Position numbers and translations under genes: made by a program. From the NCBI GenBank assembly GCA_965198115.1, contig OZ240241.1, forward strand, positions 5,472,001-5,536,000: DNA of 64,000 nucleotides. Direction: 5' to 3'. Below the pieces are notes generated by a model. It worked only from the letters and a program-made list of their open reading frames with translations. It did no database searches and had not been told where the DNA came from. Of this stretch, positions 20,692 to 31,269 are shown piece after piece; within the stretch, counting starts at the first letter, position 1, and each line of letters opens with the position of its first letter. The DNA comes from Candidatus Latescibacterota bacterium. Lineage in GTDB: Bacteria; Latescibacterota; UBA2968.

Positions 20692-21977
20692 TCACACGGA
20701 CCCACGTTCCTCAGTGATCTCAGTGCCCTCAGTGGCTGTCTTGTGTTCTCCCGGTTCCGTCAGGGAACCGTGGCGCCGCAACCGAGGCGACACCGCCGCC
20801 ATCGTCAACACGACGCCGATCGTCCCCATCCCGCCGCTCACGACCGAAACCACCGGCCCAAACCAATGGGCGACCACGCCCGACTCCAGGCCACCCAGCT
20901 CGTTCGACGCGCTGATGAAAACGCCCGTCACCGCCGACAAGCGGCCCCGCATCGCGTCCGGCGTCGTCAGCTGGATCAGCGTGTGACGGACGACCATACT
21001 GACGTTGTCGAACAGACCGGTGAAAAACAGCATCGCGAAGGACAGCCAGAAACTTGTCGACAAACCGAACACGATCGTCACCACGCCGAAAGAACCGACC
21101 GCCAGTAGCAGGTTCCGCCCGGCTCGCTTCATTGGTGGCAAGTGCGCGATCAGAAGTGACATACAGAACGCGCCTACCGCCGGCGCCGCCCGCAGCCAGC
21201 CGAACCCTTGGGCCCGACCTTCAGAATGTCCTCGGCGTAGATCGGCAACAGATAGACCGCGCCACCCAGCAGTACGGCGAACATATCCAGGGACATCAAC
21301 GAGAGGACGAGTCGATTGTCCCGAACGAACCTGAGCCCGCCGACCAGAGCCTGGATCGGTGGTTCCGACCCTGCGGCTCCGCCGCCACGAAAAGTCATCG
21401 TCGCAATCAGGACCGCGTAAAGAGCCGAGCTCGCCGCCGCGATGCAAAACGCCAGCGGGACGCTCCACAGAATGACGATACCCCCGATTGCCGGGCCCGT
21501 CATCCACCCGAGCTTCATCATACTCAGGTTCCACGCCACCGCATTCGGGAAAACATCCTGCGGCACGAGCTGAGGCAACAGGGCGGTGCGAGCCGGACGT
21601 CCCAGAATCACGAAAGTCGCATCGAGCACGAGTAATGTGTAAATCCACCCGACAGAACCCGAATAAAGGGACACGGCGGCCAACCCGATGGAGGTTGCCG
21701 TCATTCCGAGCAGACTGATGATCAGGATCGCGCGACGAGAAAACCGATCCGTCAGGTAGCCGGCCGGCAACGCGAAGATCATCGTCGGCGCCGCCTGCGC
21801 AAGTCCCACGAGGCCGAGCGCAAGCGCCTCTCCAGTCAGCTGGTACATCTCCCACGCAATCGCCACACCCTGCATTTGCGTCCCGATCAGCGCGCCAAAC
21901 GAGCCCAACAGATAGCGTCGGTAGTCGGCAATCCTGAACGCTGCGTATGCGTCGTGACGCTCCTGCTGCGCTTCTAT
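20692..21977 (-). CDS. MFS transporter (EntS/H+ antiporter-like), frameshift near 21210; predicted start codon ATA
   Basis: LPAGYLTDRFSRR, LDMFAVLLGG, TPDAMRGR and ASNELGGLESG. Confidence 0.85.
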
Positions 21978-22089
21978 CTATTTCCTCCAGAGTCAACACG
22001 AGATGCAGCGGTCTTGACCAGGTCTACGCCATCCCACCCATCTGGTATTCTCAGCGTCCTCAGTGGCTGCCTTTGTCTCCCACCGGAAA

Positions 22090-22872
22090 TCACAACTCAG
22101 TCGCCTCGCGATCTTGTCCGAACGTCATCAGATCCAACCGTGTGACACTCACATCGCCCTCGAGAATCGCTGCCGTGTCGGCCCCCGGTGATTCATCCGG
22201 GATCGGAGACTCCATATTGTGCCGATAGACATCGTCATCTTGCTTGAAACAAGACCCGTAAAACACGCGCCCTAGATGCGTCGGTGCCAGTTTCCAATCC
22301 GTCCGGAGTTCAGCTGGAATGTTGACGTTCCAGGTCACGGGCTCTTCCAAGAACCCGGGGCGTATCAGCAGTCGATCGAACAGGTGGCCCAGGACCTCCT
22401 CCGTCTGTCGACGCAATTGCGTCATCTCAACAGATGGAATCTGACGGCTCTCCACCCACGCCCGAAACAGCCCACGCTTCAGCGTCTGTGAAAGCGCGAC
22501 CGCTGGAAGTCCGGCGATGTTCGCCTCCAAACAGGCTCCGACCGTGCCGGAAGACGCGGCGAAACCCAGGCCGGTGTTCGCCCCGATGTTGATGCCCGCC
22601 ACCACCAGGTCCGGCTTCCGATCGCCAAAAAGATGGTAGATACCGAAATTCGAGCAATCTGCGGGTGTTCCGCTGAACGTGCACGCGTCAACGCCATTGA
22701 GCGAGAGAGGCGCTCTGGTCAGCGGATCGAACCGCGTGATCGATTTGCCCTTCCAACTCTGCTCCTCCTTCGGCACGACGACCTTCACGTTTCCCAGCGG
22801 CTTCAGACAATCGATCGCCAGGGGTAGCAGGGGCGAATCGGCACTGTCATCGTTCGTCAACAGGATTTCCAC
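22090..22872 (-). CDS. surE: 5'/3'-nucleotidase SurE
   Basis: ILLTNDD, GTPADC, GINIGANTG and SGTVGA motifs. Confidence 0.88.
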   Translation of the reverse strand: MEILLTNDDSADSPLLPLAIDCLKPLGNVKVVVPKEEQSWKGKSITRFDPLTRAPLSLNGVDACTFSGTPADCSNFGIYHLFGDRKPDLVVAGINIGANTGLGFAASSGTVGACLEANIAGLPAVALSQTLKRGLFRAWVESRQIPSVEMTQLRRQTEEVLGHLFDRLLIRPGFLEEPVTWNVNIPAELRTDWKLAPTHLGRVFYGSCFKQDDDVYRHNMESPIPDESPGADTAAILEGDVSVTRLDLMTFGQDREATEL

Positions 22873-22901
22873 TTCTCTCCCCTACACAGACCAGAACCTT
22901 G

Positions 22902-23011
22902 AACCACGAAATACACGAAAGGGGGATCAACGCCAAACTTGCTTGCCGACAACCGACGTCTGGATCCGCCCCCGGTCTGGTTTGTTCGTGATTTTCGTGT
23001 ATTTCGTGGTT
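22902..23011. repeat. 110-bp MITE/REP-like unit with perfect 19-bp inverted ends built from 9-mers
   Basis: AACCACGAAATACACGAAA (22902-22920) is the exact reverse complement of 22993-23011. Confidence 0.8.
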
Positions 23012-23041
23012 GGTGCTTTTCCCGTGTGTTCTGTGGTTCCA

Positions 23042-24235
23042 TCAGTATCGACCGTGCTGCGACTCGACGGGTGCATCATACACGACTGACAGGTGCGGGG
23101 TCTCCAATCGTTTACCCTCGTGAAGCGACTGGAGGCAACTCTCGAGCATCCCGCATACGATCAGCGTCCGCTCCGCTGGAATCGGTGACGAACCCGTCTC
23201 GAGCATCTCTACGATCTTCTGCACGAGGCAGGCTGAGTAAGTCACGTTGGGCGTCGGTGGCAAAAAGAACTGAGTCGAGACCGGCTCCGACTCTCCCCGC
23301 ACCTGGGCGGCAAAGCAATAGTCCCGGATCGCCCCGTTGAGCATCATCATCGTCGCCCGCAGTCCGTCGCGATACTTGATGAAATACGCTCGGGGTTTCT
23401 CGCACAGCCGCATCAGCTCGCCGGACCCCAAAAGATCCTGTGTCCGCCCGTCCTCGATCGTCAACCCTTGCGGCGAGTCCGCTCGTGACAGCGCCGCCTC
23501 AAACAGCCTCCGCGAAATCCTCCCTGCGCCCAAGGCGTCCCAGACAGCATCCCCTTCGACAAGCTCGACCGCGGCAACACCTTGTTCGCCCGCTCGCTCC
23601 TCGCCCCGTCTCCCGCTCCGCCTTTCAACCATACACTGCATCGCCTCGAGCGTGTGATAGTCCATCGCGTCCGATCCACCGACACCGACCATCACCACAT
23701 CTTCTATCTCGCACCCGAGCGGCAACTCCAGATCGGGCAATCGCCACGTCACCGGAAGCGACGATCCCGACAGGATCGGAAAACCGATCCGATGCCCGTC
23801 CGCCACCATCTCGTCAGCCTTCTCGAAGTTGTAGGAAAGGTGCTTGTCGTTGTAAATCGGAACGGACCGACCATCCGCCTCGAACACCTCGACGCACTGC
23901 TTGAAGAACTCAAACCTCGGGTAGAGCTTCTGCCCCAGCTCGTTCGACGGATACTCGCCGTGCTCGCCGATGATCAACACGCCATCGACGCCCAGTTCAT
24001 TGCCTCCACAGCGCAGGGCTTCCGCGATCGTCGGAAAGATCTCAAAACCGAATTCCCGAGCCCGATCCAGAGCCTGATCGCCTTCGGGGCGCTGGTCGAC
24101 ATAGAGCGACACGACCTTCACGTCGGGTCTGATCCACTCACCACCATACGGATAGCCAACGAACAACCGGTCGATAAAATGCTGCGTATGTTTCAAATAC
24201 GCATAGATCGTCGAAATGACTGCCACCCGCTTCAT
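23042..24235 (-). CDS. Conserved hypothetical protein (oxidoreductase-like), paralog of 24302-25504
   Basis: SLYVDQ, DGVLIIGEHGEYP, NDKHLS, GSSLPVTWR and YHTLEAMQCMVERR are shared with the neighbour. Confidence 0.8.
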   Translation of the reverse strand: MKRVAVISTIYAYLKHTQHFIDRLFVGYPYGGEWIRPDVKVVSLYVDQRPEGDQALDRAREFGFEIFPTIAEALRCGGNELGVDGVLIIGEHGEYPSNELGQKLYPRFEFFKQCVEVFEADGRSVPIYNDKHLSYNFEKADEMVADGHRIGFPILSGSSLPVTWRLPDLELPLGCEIEDVVMVGVGGSDAMDYHTLEAMQCMVERRSGRRGEERAGEQGVAAVELVEGDAVWDALGAGRISRRLFEAALSRADSPQGLTIEDGRTQDLLGSGELMRLCEKPRAYFIKYRDGLRATMMMLNGAIRDYCFAAQVRGESEPVSTQFFLPPTPNVTYSACLVQKIVEMLETGSSPIPAERTLIVCGMLESCLQSLHEGKRLETPHLSVVYDAPVESQHGRY

Positions 24236-24301
24236 CGCCGCCTCAATTCATAGATTCTAAATTTCCTGATTCCACAATTTCCCAATTTCCTAATGGTTTT
24301 C

Positions 24302-25504
24302 CTAGGTCTGCCAGAACATCGACGCCTCGGGCGCTGTGTATTCGATCCCCAAATGAGGCGTTTCCACTCGCTTCCCATCTTCGAACAAACTGTCCACACC
24401 CGCCGCCGTCAGACCGGTCGTGAGCAGGGTCCGCTCGACTGGATAGGGCGATTCGCCCGTCAGAAACAGCGTTTCGATGTGGTTATTCAGCGGCGTGAAG
24501 AAGTTGGCCAGCGACGTCCTCGCCGGCGGCATCGGCAGATACATTTGCGTCGAGAGTTTCGACCCATCACCCATTCGGGCGGCGAAATTGAAATCCTGAA
24601 CGAGTCCACTCATCAAGCACATCGTCGACCTGAGGCCGTCAGCGTGTGTGTAATGATACGCCACGGGATTCTCCACGAGATCCATCATCTCGTCGATCGT
24701 CGGAAAAACGTGGTTGAACCCGCGGCGGGCGGGCTCGAGCGTGTGACTCCGGGTCAGGGCCGCTTCGAACAGGTCACGGGACCAAACGCCTTTCGCAAAC
24801 GCTTCCCAAAACGTGTCTCCCCGATAGGCTTGAAGCCACGACACACCGGCTTCACCCCCGGATCGTCGCTCCACCATACACTGAAGCGTCTCCAGACCGT
24901 GAAAGTCGTAACTGTCGACACCCCCGCAACAGACACAGACTGCTTCTTCTACCTCGGCTCCGTAAGGGAAGTCGATCTGCGGTGTTCGCCACGTCACCGG
25001 CAACGACGACCCGGCCATCAGACCGAAGCCGAGTTCCTGCGCTGAATCATACATCTCCCGAGCCCAGTCCCAGTTCCAGGACAGGTGCTTGTCGTTGAAC
25101 ACGGGGGCCGACTTGCCCGATTGCCGGAACGCGGAAAGGATCTGCCGATACAGCTCGTAACGCGGGTAGAGGCGCTGACCTTTTTCATTCTGCGGGTAGG
25201 TCCCGTGCTCTCCGATCAGCAGCACGCCATCCACGGCCAGATCGCTCGTACCCAACGTCAGCGCGTCGGCGACCGTGTGAAAGATCCCCATCGTTGGGAA
25301 CCGACTCGCCCGATCGCGAGTCAGATCGCCGTCGGGCGTCTGGTCGACGTAGAGCGACACGACATCCATCTCGGGACGATGGTGACGTCCGTTCCACCCG
25401 TAGCCTTCTAGAAACCGATCGACGATGTGCTGAGTGTGTGAATATTTGCGATATTCCGTCGTGATGGCCGCGATTTTCGGCCTGACTGCTTCGGTCGACA
25501 TCAT
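24302..25504 (-). CDS. Conserved hypothetical protein (oxidoreductase-like)
   Basis: Same motif set as the adjacent paralog. Confidence 0.8.
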   Translation of the reverse strand: MMSTEAVRPKIAAITTEYRKYSHTQHIVDRFLEGYGWNGRHHRPEMDVVSLYVDQTPDGDLTRDRASRFPTMGIFHTVADALTLGTSDLAVDGVLLIGEHGTYPQNEKGQRLYPRYELYRQILSAFRQSGKSAPVFNDKHLSWNWDWAREMYDSAQELGFGLMAGSSLPVTWRTPQIDFPYGAEVEEAVCVCCGGVDSYDFHGLETLQCMVERRSGGEAGVSWLQAYRGDTFWEAFAKGVWSRDLFEAALTRSHTLEPARRGFNHVFPTIDEMMDLVENPVAYHYTHADGLRSTMCLMSGLVQDFNFAARMGDGSKLSTQMYLPMPPARTSLANFFTPLNNHIETLFLTGESPYPVERTLLTTGLTAAGVDSLFEDGKRVETPHLGIEYTAPEASMFWQT

Positions 25505-25688
25505 TGCGTTTCCTTTCGCGCCTGACGTTTGGCGACGAATGATCTTCTTCACTCGTCGGTTTGTCAAACCTCGACTCCACCAGCCTCCGACACATCGGTA
25601 TCGAAACTCCACGCTATGATTGCGGAGTCCGCTTCAGCAGGCTATCCTGCGATAGCCCACTCACACCGACCTTCTATGTCCGACAACT

Positions 25689-26150
25689 ATGAAACTGGCC
25701 ACACTCGTTTACCTCAAACGTGATGGCAAGACCCTGATGCTCCATCGGGTCAAAAAGGAGAACGACTACCACCGGGGGAAGTACAACGGCCTGGGGGGCA
25801 AGCTCGACGCCTGCGAGTCCCCCGACGAGTGCGCGATTCGCGAGACGCGTGAGGAAAGCGGTTTCGAGCTCGTCGACCCGATTCTCAAAGGCGTCATCAC
25901 GTTCCCCAACTTCGACGGCGTCGACGACTGGTATGTCTTCCTGTTCGTGGGCACTTCTTTCAGTGGCGAGATGATCGACTCACCCGAAGGCAACCTCGAG
26001 TGGATCGATGACGACAAGCTTTCGAAGATCCCGCTCTGGGAGGGCGACTACATCTTCCTGCCGTGGCTTAACGGCGACCGGTTCTTCTCCGCAAAATTCA
26101 ACTACGACAAAGGCCGCTACATCGACCATACCGTCACGTTTCACACTTGA
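25689..26150 (+). CDS. 8-oxo-dGTP diphosphatase (MutT/MutX-like NUDIX)
   Basis: YNGLGGKLDACESPDECAIRETREESG, SPEGNLEW and LWEGD. Confidence 0.88.
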   Translation: MKLATLVYLKRDGKTLMLHRVKKENDYHRGKYNGLGGKLDACESPDECAIRETREESGFELVDPILKGVITFPNFDGVDDWYVFLFVGTSFSGEMIDSPEGNLEWIDDDKLSKIPLWEGDYIFLPWLNGDRFFSAKFNYDKGRYIDHTVTFHT

Positions 26151-26332
26151 AAAGACACGAAGCCTACCACGGAGAACACGGAGAGGTCGGTGGAAAAGCT
26201 GAGCGACACAGGCCCTATCGGGAAGAAGGTTACGGGGAAGACCGGAGCGAACAAAGCTGCCACGCGTTTTCTCTGCAATGCAGCTTATCTCCTCTGCGTC
26301 CTCAAACGATCCCTGCGTTGAAAGGTTTTCGG

Positions 26333-26997
26333 ATGGATATAGACAACATCAGACAGGCGATCGGTTCGGTTCGCTCGTTCTACGAAGAGCAGGGCATTTT
26401 CATGAAACAGTTCGGCTACGGCGAGCGGCCGGCGATGGTCATCATCGATATGGCTTACGGATGGACCGACCCCGAATATGCCACGGGTTCGGCTCGGCTC
26501 GACGAAGCGGTCGAGGGCATCCAGTCCCTGTTGCCGGTCGCACGCGCCAAGCACATCCCCATCATCTACACCACCTATCCGCCACCCCGCGGTGAAGAAG
26601 AACCGATGCACACGACGGATGGCGCCAAACAGCAGTATCGCGTCTGGGACCCACACGCGTGCGAAATCGATCATCGGCTGGCCCCGCTTCCGGCCGACCT
26701 CATCATCTACAAAGAGAATGCCAGCGCCTTCTTCAACACAGCCCTCATCACCTACCTGACCGAGCATCACATCGACACCTCATCATCACCGGCTGTTCCA
26801 CCAGCGCCTGCGTCCGGGCAACCGCTACGGATGCCCGTGCCTATCGCTTCAAAGCCATCGTGCCCCGAGAGTGCGTTCAGGATCGCGCCGCGGCCGCACA
26901 CGAGTGGAACCTCCTCGACATCGACGCCAAGTTCGGCGACGTCGTCAGCCGCGACGATGTCATCTCCTACCTCCAGGGCCTTCCCGACCGGGCCTAA
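26333..26997 (+). CDS. Isochorismatase-family cysteine hydrolase (frameshift near 26778)
   Basis: VIID and KENASAF; GCSTSACVRATATDA and DIDAKFGDV lie in the second frame. Confidence 0.85.
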
Positions 26998-27149
26998 AGC
27001 GAGCGAATTCCCACGCAACAGGCTGTTTTGTTTACATTTGTTCCGCTTCTACCTCGATAGTGTTTCCCTGAGTCTTTCTAAACCACCGTCAGCCCGGGAA
27101 AACGCGTTCGTGTTTTTCGTGTATTTCGTGGTAATCCTTTGAGGTTCAC

Positions 27150-28976
27150 TTGAGTCAGCAAGCATCACACATCCGCAACATCGCCATCATTGCGCACGTC
27201 GATCACGGCAAGACGACGCTCGTCGACGGGATGCTCCATCAGACGAACGTCTTTCGCGCCAATCAGCAGGTCGGAGAACGCGTGCTCGACTCGAACGACC
27301 TCGAGCGCGAACGTGGTATCACCATCACGGCCAAGAACACGGCCATCCTCTACAAAGACACGACGATCAATCTGGTCGATACACCCGGTCACGCCGACTT
27401 TGGAAGCGAGGTCGAGCGCATCCTTAATATGGTCGATGGCGTGCTCCTCCTCGTCGACGCCGTCGAGGGGCCAATGCCGCAAACCCGTTTTGTCCTCCGG
27501 CACGCCCTCCAGCGAGGACTCAAAGCCATCCTCGTCGTCAACAAGATCGATCGCCCATACGCCCGGCCGGATTGGGTCGTCAACGAAACCTTCGACCTGT
27601 TCATCGAACTCGGCGCAACCGATGAGCAGGCCGATTTTCCGGTTCTCTACACGCACGCCGTCGAGGGGAGGGCTGGCCACGAACCCGGAGACCTCGCCAA
27701 CGATCTGGGCCCGCTATTCGAAACGATCCTCCGCCGCATACCGTCCCCCGTCATCGACGCCGAGGCGCCCGCCAGGTTGCTTGTGACGACGCTCAATTAC
27801 AGCAGCTATGTCGGCAAGATCGCGATCGGTCGCCTGTCCAGCGGGGTCCTCAGACCGGGACAGCCGATCGTCCTCATCGCCGACGGCCGGCCCAGACCCG
27901 GTCGCGTCGGCGAAGTCTTCACCTTCCGCAACCTCCAACGCGAAACACAAGACGCTGTCTATGCCGGCAGCATCGTCGCCGTTTCCGGCGTCGAAGACGT
28001 TTCTATCGGCGACACCATCGCCGCACCCGAAGATCCCCGCCCGCTTCCCCGCATCGAAGTCGAGCAGCCAACCGTGCGGATGACCTTCAGCGCGAACACC
28101 AGCCCGTTCTCCGGGCGATCGGGCAAATATCTCACGAGCCGCCAGATTCGGGAACGGCTGATGAGAGAACTCGAGAGCAATGTGGCTTTGCGCGTGGAGG
28201 AAACGGAAGCGGCGGGCGAGTGGGTCGTCTCCGGCCGAGGCGAACTTCACCTGGCCATCTTGATCGAAACGATGCGTCGCGAGGGCTACGAGTTTTCGGT
28301 CAGCCAGCCCGAGGTCATCTACCGGGAAGGCGATCGCGGTCAGCGATGTGAACCGTTCGAAGAAGTCTACATCGAAGTTCCAACCGAATGCGTCGGCCCC
28401 GTCACCGAAATGGTCAACCGCCGCAAGGGGCGACTGACGAACACGCGCCACGGCGACGATGGAACGGTCCACAGCACCTACATCGTTCCCACCCGGGGGA
28501 TGCTCGGTTTTCGACAGCCCTTTTTGACTTCAACGCGAGGCAACGGCATCTTTCACAGCGTCTTTAACGAGTACGACGACTACGCGGGGCCCATCGAATC
28601 GAGCGAGTTCGGTTCGCTCGTGTCCCAGGACACGGGCGTGGCCACGTCCTACGCGCTCACGAATCTGCAACAGCGAGGCACCTTTTTCGTGCCACCCGGC
28701 GCGGATGTCTACAACGGACAGGTCATCGGCCAGCACATTCGAAACGGCGACCTCACGATCAACGTCTGCCGTCAGAAGGTTGGGACCGGCCATCGTGCCA
28801 AACCGACCAAAGACGCCGAGCACCTGGCCCCGCACCGAATAATGTCTCTCGACGATGCCATTGAGTATCTCCGAGCCGATGACCTCCTCGAAGTCACTCC
28901 AGACGCCCTCCGAATCCGAAAGAAAGAGCTTCGTCACGACATCCGTGAAAAGGCTACAAAACGCTCCGAAGTGTGA
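27150..28976 (+). CDS. typA: Translational GTPase TypA/BipA
   Basis: [35 protein letters not shown] and GRGELHL motifs. Confidence 0.93.
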   Translation: MSQQASHIRNIAIIAHVDHGKTTLVDGMLHQTNVFRANQQVGERVLDSNDLERERGITITAKNTAILYKDTTINLVDTPGHADFGSEVERILNMVDGVLLLVDAVEGPMPQTRFVLRHALQRGLKAILVVNKIDRPYARPDWVVNETFDLFIELGATDEQADFPVLYTHAVEGRAGHEPGDLANDLGPLFETILRRIPSPVIDAEAPARLLVTTLNYSSYVGKIAIGRLSSGVLRPGQPIVLIADGRPRPGRVGEVFTFRNLQRETQDAVYAGSIVAVSGVEDVSIGDTIAAPEDPRPLPRIEVEQPTVRMTFSANTSPFSGRSGKYLTSRQIRERLMRELESNVALRVEETEAAGEWVVSGRGELHLAILIETMRREGYEFSVSQPEVIYREGDRGQRCEPFEEVYIEVPTECVGPVTEMVNRRKGRLTNTRHGDDGTVHSTYIVPTRGMLGFRQPFLTSTRGNGIFHSVFNEYDDYAGPIESSEFGSLVSQDTGVATSYALTNLQQRGTFFVPPGADVYNGQVIGQHIRNGDLTINVCRQKVGTGHRAKPTKDAEHLAPHRIMSLDDAIEYLRADDLLEVTPDALRIRKKELRHDIREKATKRSEV

Positions 28977-29085
28977 CCTCCGTCGTTTGTTTCCTTCCTC
29001 GAATCGCCTATTTTACAAGCCGTAGACTCGTGTCCGCGCCCCCCAAACCGTCCCGGGCACCCCACTCGCAGAATCTTCGGAATCT

Positions 29086-31137
29086 ATGATCCGGCTGGCC
29101 GCGAACCTGTCCGTAATCCTGTTGTTGCTCCTTTTCACCCAACAGGGCCACACCGAAGTAACTCTTCTGGCGGAGGGCGAGTATCGGCTTGGTGACTCAC
29201 CGCAAACGCCCGAGGCCGGCCTCGCATGGCTCTCGGCCGAGCTGAACAGTCCGGAGTGGCGACCTTTCCAAATCGTCAACGGTCACTCGTCGGATGGATT
29301 CGACCACGCCTGGCGCCGATTCCGGCTTCCCGCACTGAGCATCGAAAACCCCACGCTCTATCTGTCTGACTGGCCAGCCTTCGAAGCCTACCTGGATGGC
29401 GACTTGATCTACAGGTCGGGGGAGCAGCGGGCGAGTCCCCAAAACAAGGTGATGCACCACGCCTGGCATCTCGTCTCGCTTCCCCCCGATTTCGGCGGCA
29501 AGACGATCTATTTCAGGGTCTACTCGGAATACGACCACTGGCTCGAACATCCCGGCGGTCTGTCTATCGCCCCGCAGTCCGAACACTTCCTCGAAATGGT
29601 GCGGAGCGAGCTCGCGCAGACGGTCGTCAGCGCCTTTCTCCTCCTCATCGGGATTGCCTGCGTTTACATCTATGTCCGGCGTGGGGAACCCGCCGCACGA
29701 TCGCTCGCGATCCTCTCAGGATGCGTCGGGCTGTTTTCGATTATGCACACCGACATCGCGTGGATGGTTTTCGAACCCTCGATCGTTACCTGGTATGTCG
29801 AACACATACCTCTGTTCGTATTTCCTGTTGGACTCTGGCTCTTCCTGAACGATCTCGTCCAGGGCAACTGTCCGATCATGAAGAAGCTGGCTCTGGTCCA
29901 AGTGGCCTTCGCCGCCAGTGCGATTTTGCTCGACGTCGCGAACGTCTACCCGATGATCATGACCACACCCTATCTGGTCCTGCTTTCGTTGAGCCTCGCG
30001 GTCAGTGGGATCTGCACGTTCTGGCATCTTTATCAAACTCAAAGTCCGACCGAAGCCCATACGCAGGACAGAAAGCTCCTCCTCGTCGGCTATGGGCTTC
30101 TTGCTGCCGGAGGCACTCACGACCTGTTGGCTGGATTCCGAGTGATTCCGTTCATCCTTCCGCTTTTCCACTTTGGAGTGCTCGGATTCGTCATCTTCCT
30201 GGCCATCATCCTGGAACGTCATTTTGCCCGGGCGCACGACCGACTTCAGGACTACTCGACTCAGCTCGAGGAGGCCAACCGTACTCTGGAGCACAGAGTC
30301 GATGAGCGGACGGCCGATCTCGCGACCAAGAACCACGATCTTCAAAAGGCGATGGGTGACCTGCGAGACACGCAGCAACAGCTCGTGATGCGCGAGAAAA
30401 TGGCTTCGCTGGGCGATCTCGTCGCGGGCGTCGCGCACGAGGTCAACACGCCGATTGGCGCCGTCAACAGCTCGGCCGACGTCGCAAATCGATGCATCGA
30501 AAAGCTCGAAGGCGTCATAGATCAGAGCAGGGCGGCCGACGAACTCAAATCCCAACGGCCCTACCAGCAGGCGATCCAGCTTCTCAAGGATAACGCGGGC
30601 CTCATCCAGTCAGCGGGTGAACGCATTGCCACGATCGTACGCAGCCTCCGTAGCTTCGCCCGCTTGGACGAGGCCGAATACCAATCCGCCAACATCCACC
30701 TCGGACTCGACAGTACCCTCGACCTCGTCAACCACGAACTCAAGAATCGGATCGAAGTCGTCAAGGAATACGGCGATCTGCCGATGATCGACTGCTTTCC
30801 CAACAAACTCAACCAAGTCTTTATGAACCTGTTGATCAACGCATCGCAGGCGATCGAAGAGACGGGCACGATCACGCTGTCGACCGAGCACGACGGAGAC
30901 GAAATCGTCATCCTGATATCCGACACGGGTAAAGGCATCTCAGCGGAAAACCTTGAAAAAATCTTCGACCCCGGCTTCACAACGAAGGGCGTTGGGATCG
31001 GTACCGGACTCGGACTCGCCATCAGCTACGCGATCATAGAGGATCACAGGGGGAGCATTTCCGCCGACAGTCGCCTCGGCCAGGGTACCACTTTTACGAT
31101 CAGACTGCCGGTTCACGGAGAAGAGCAGGATCGTTAG
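29086..31137 (+). CDS. Membrane sensor histidine kinase (extracellular domain, ~7 TM, NtrB-like kinase)
   Basis: AGVAHEVNTP, QVFMNLLINA, DTGKG and FDPGFTTKGVGIGTGLGL. Confidence 0.9.
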   Translation: MIRLAANLSVILLLLLFTQQGHTEVTLLAEGEYRLGDSPQTPEAGLAWLSAELNSPEWRPFQIVNGHSSDGFDHAWRRFRLPALSIENPTLYLSDWPAFEAYLDGDLIYRSGEQRASPQNKVMHHAWHLVSLPPDFGGKTIYFRVYSEYDHWLEHPGGLSIAPQSEHFLEMVRSELAQTVVSAFLLLIGIACVYIYVRRGEPAARSLAILSGCVGLFSIMHTDIAWMVFEPSIVTWYVEHIPLFVFPVGLWLFLNDLVQGNCPIMKKLALVQVAFAASAILLDVANVYPMIMTTPYLVLLSLSLAVSGICTFWHLYQTQSPTEAHTQDRKLLLVGYGLLAAGGTHDLLAGFRVIPFILPLFHFGVLGFVIFLAIILERHFARAHDRLQDYSTQLEEANRTLEHRVDERTADLATKNHDLQKAMGDLRDTQQQLVMREKMASLGDLVAGVAHEVNTPIGAVNSSADVANRCIEKLEGVIDQSRAADELKSQRPYQQAIQLLKDNAGLIQSAGERIATIVRSLRSFARLDEAEYQSANIHLGLDSTLDLVNHELKNRIEVVKEYGDLPMIDCFPNKLNQVFMNLLINASQAIEETGTITLSTEHDGDEIVILISDTGKGISAENLEKIFDPGFTTKGVGIGTGLGLAISYAIIEDHRGSISADSRLGQGTTFTIRLPVHGEEQDR

Positions 31138-31269
31138 CCGTTTTCCGTTGCCGTTTCACTGCGAACTGACTTCGGGTCTCCCTCCGTGAGCAATTCTTTT
31201 CGGATAACGGCCAACGGATCACGGACAACATCACTGATGCCTCAAAATTCCCTAATTCCCTAATCCTCA

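Noticed and set aside
16191-27133. CRISPR array from the recurring short repeats
   Set aside because: Units are 8-9 bp and directly tandem, with no spacers and no cas genes.
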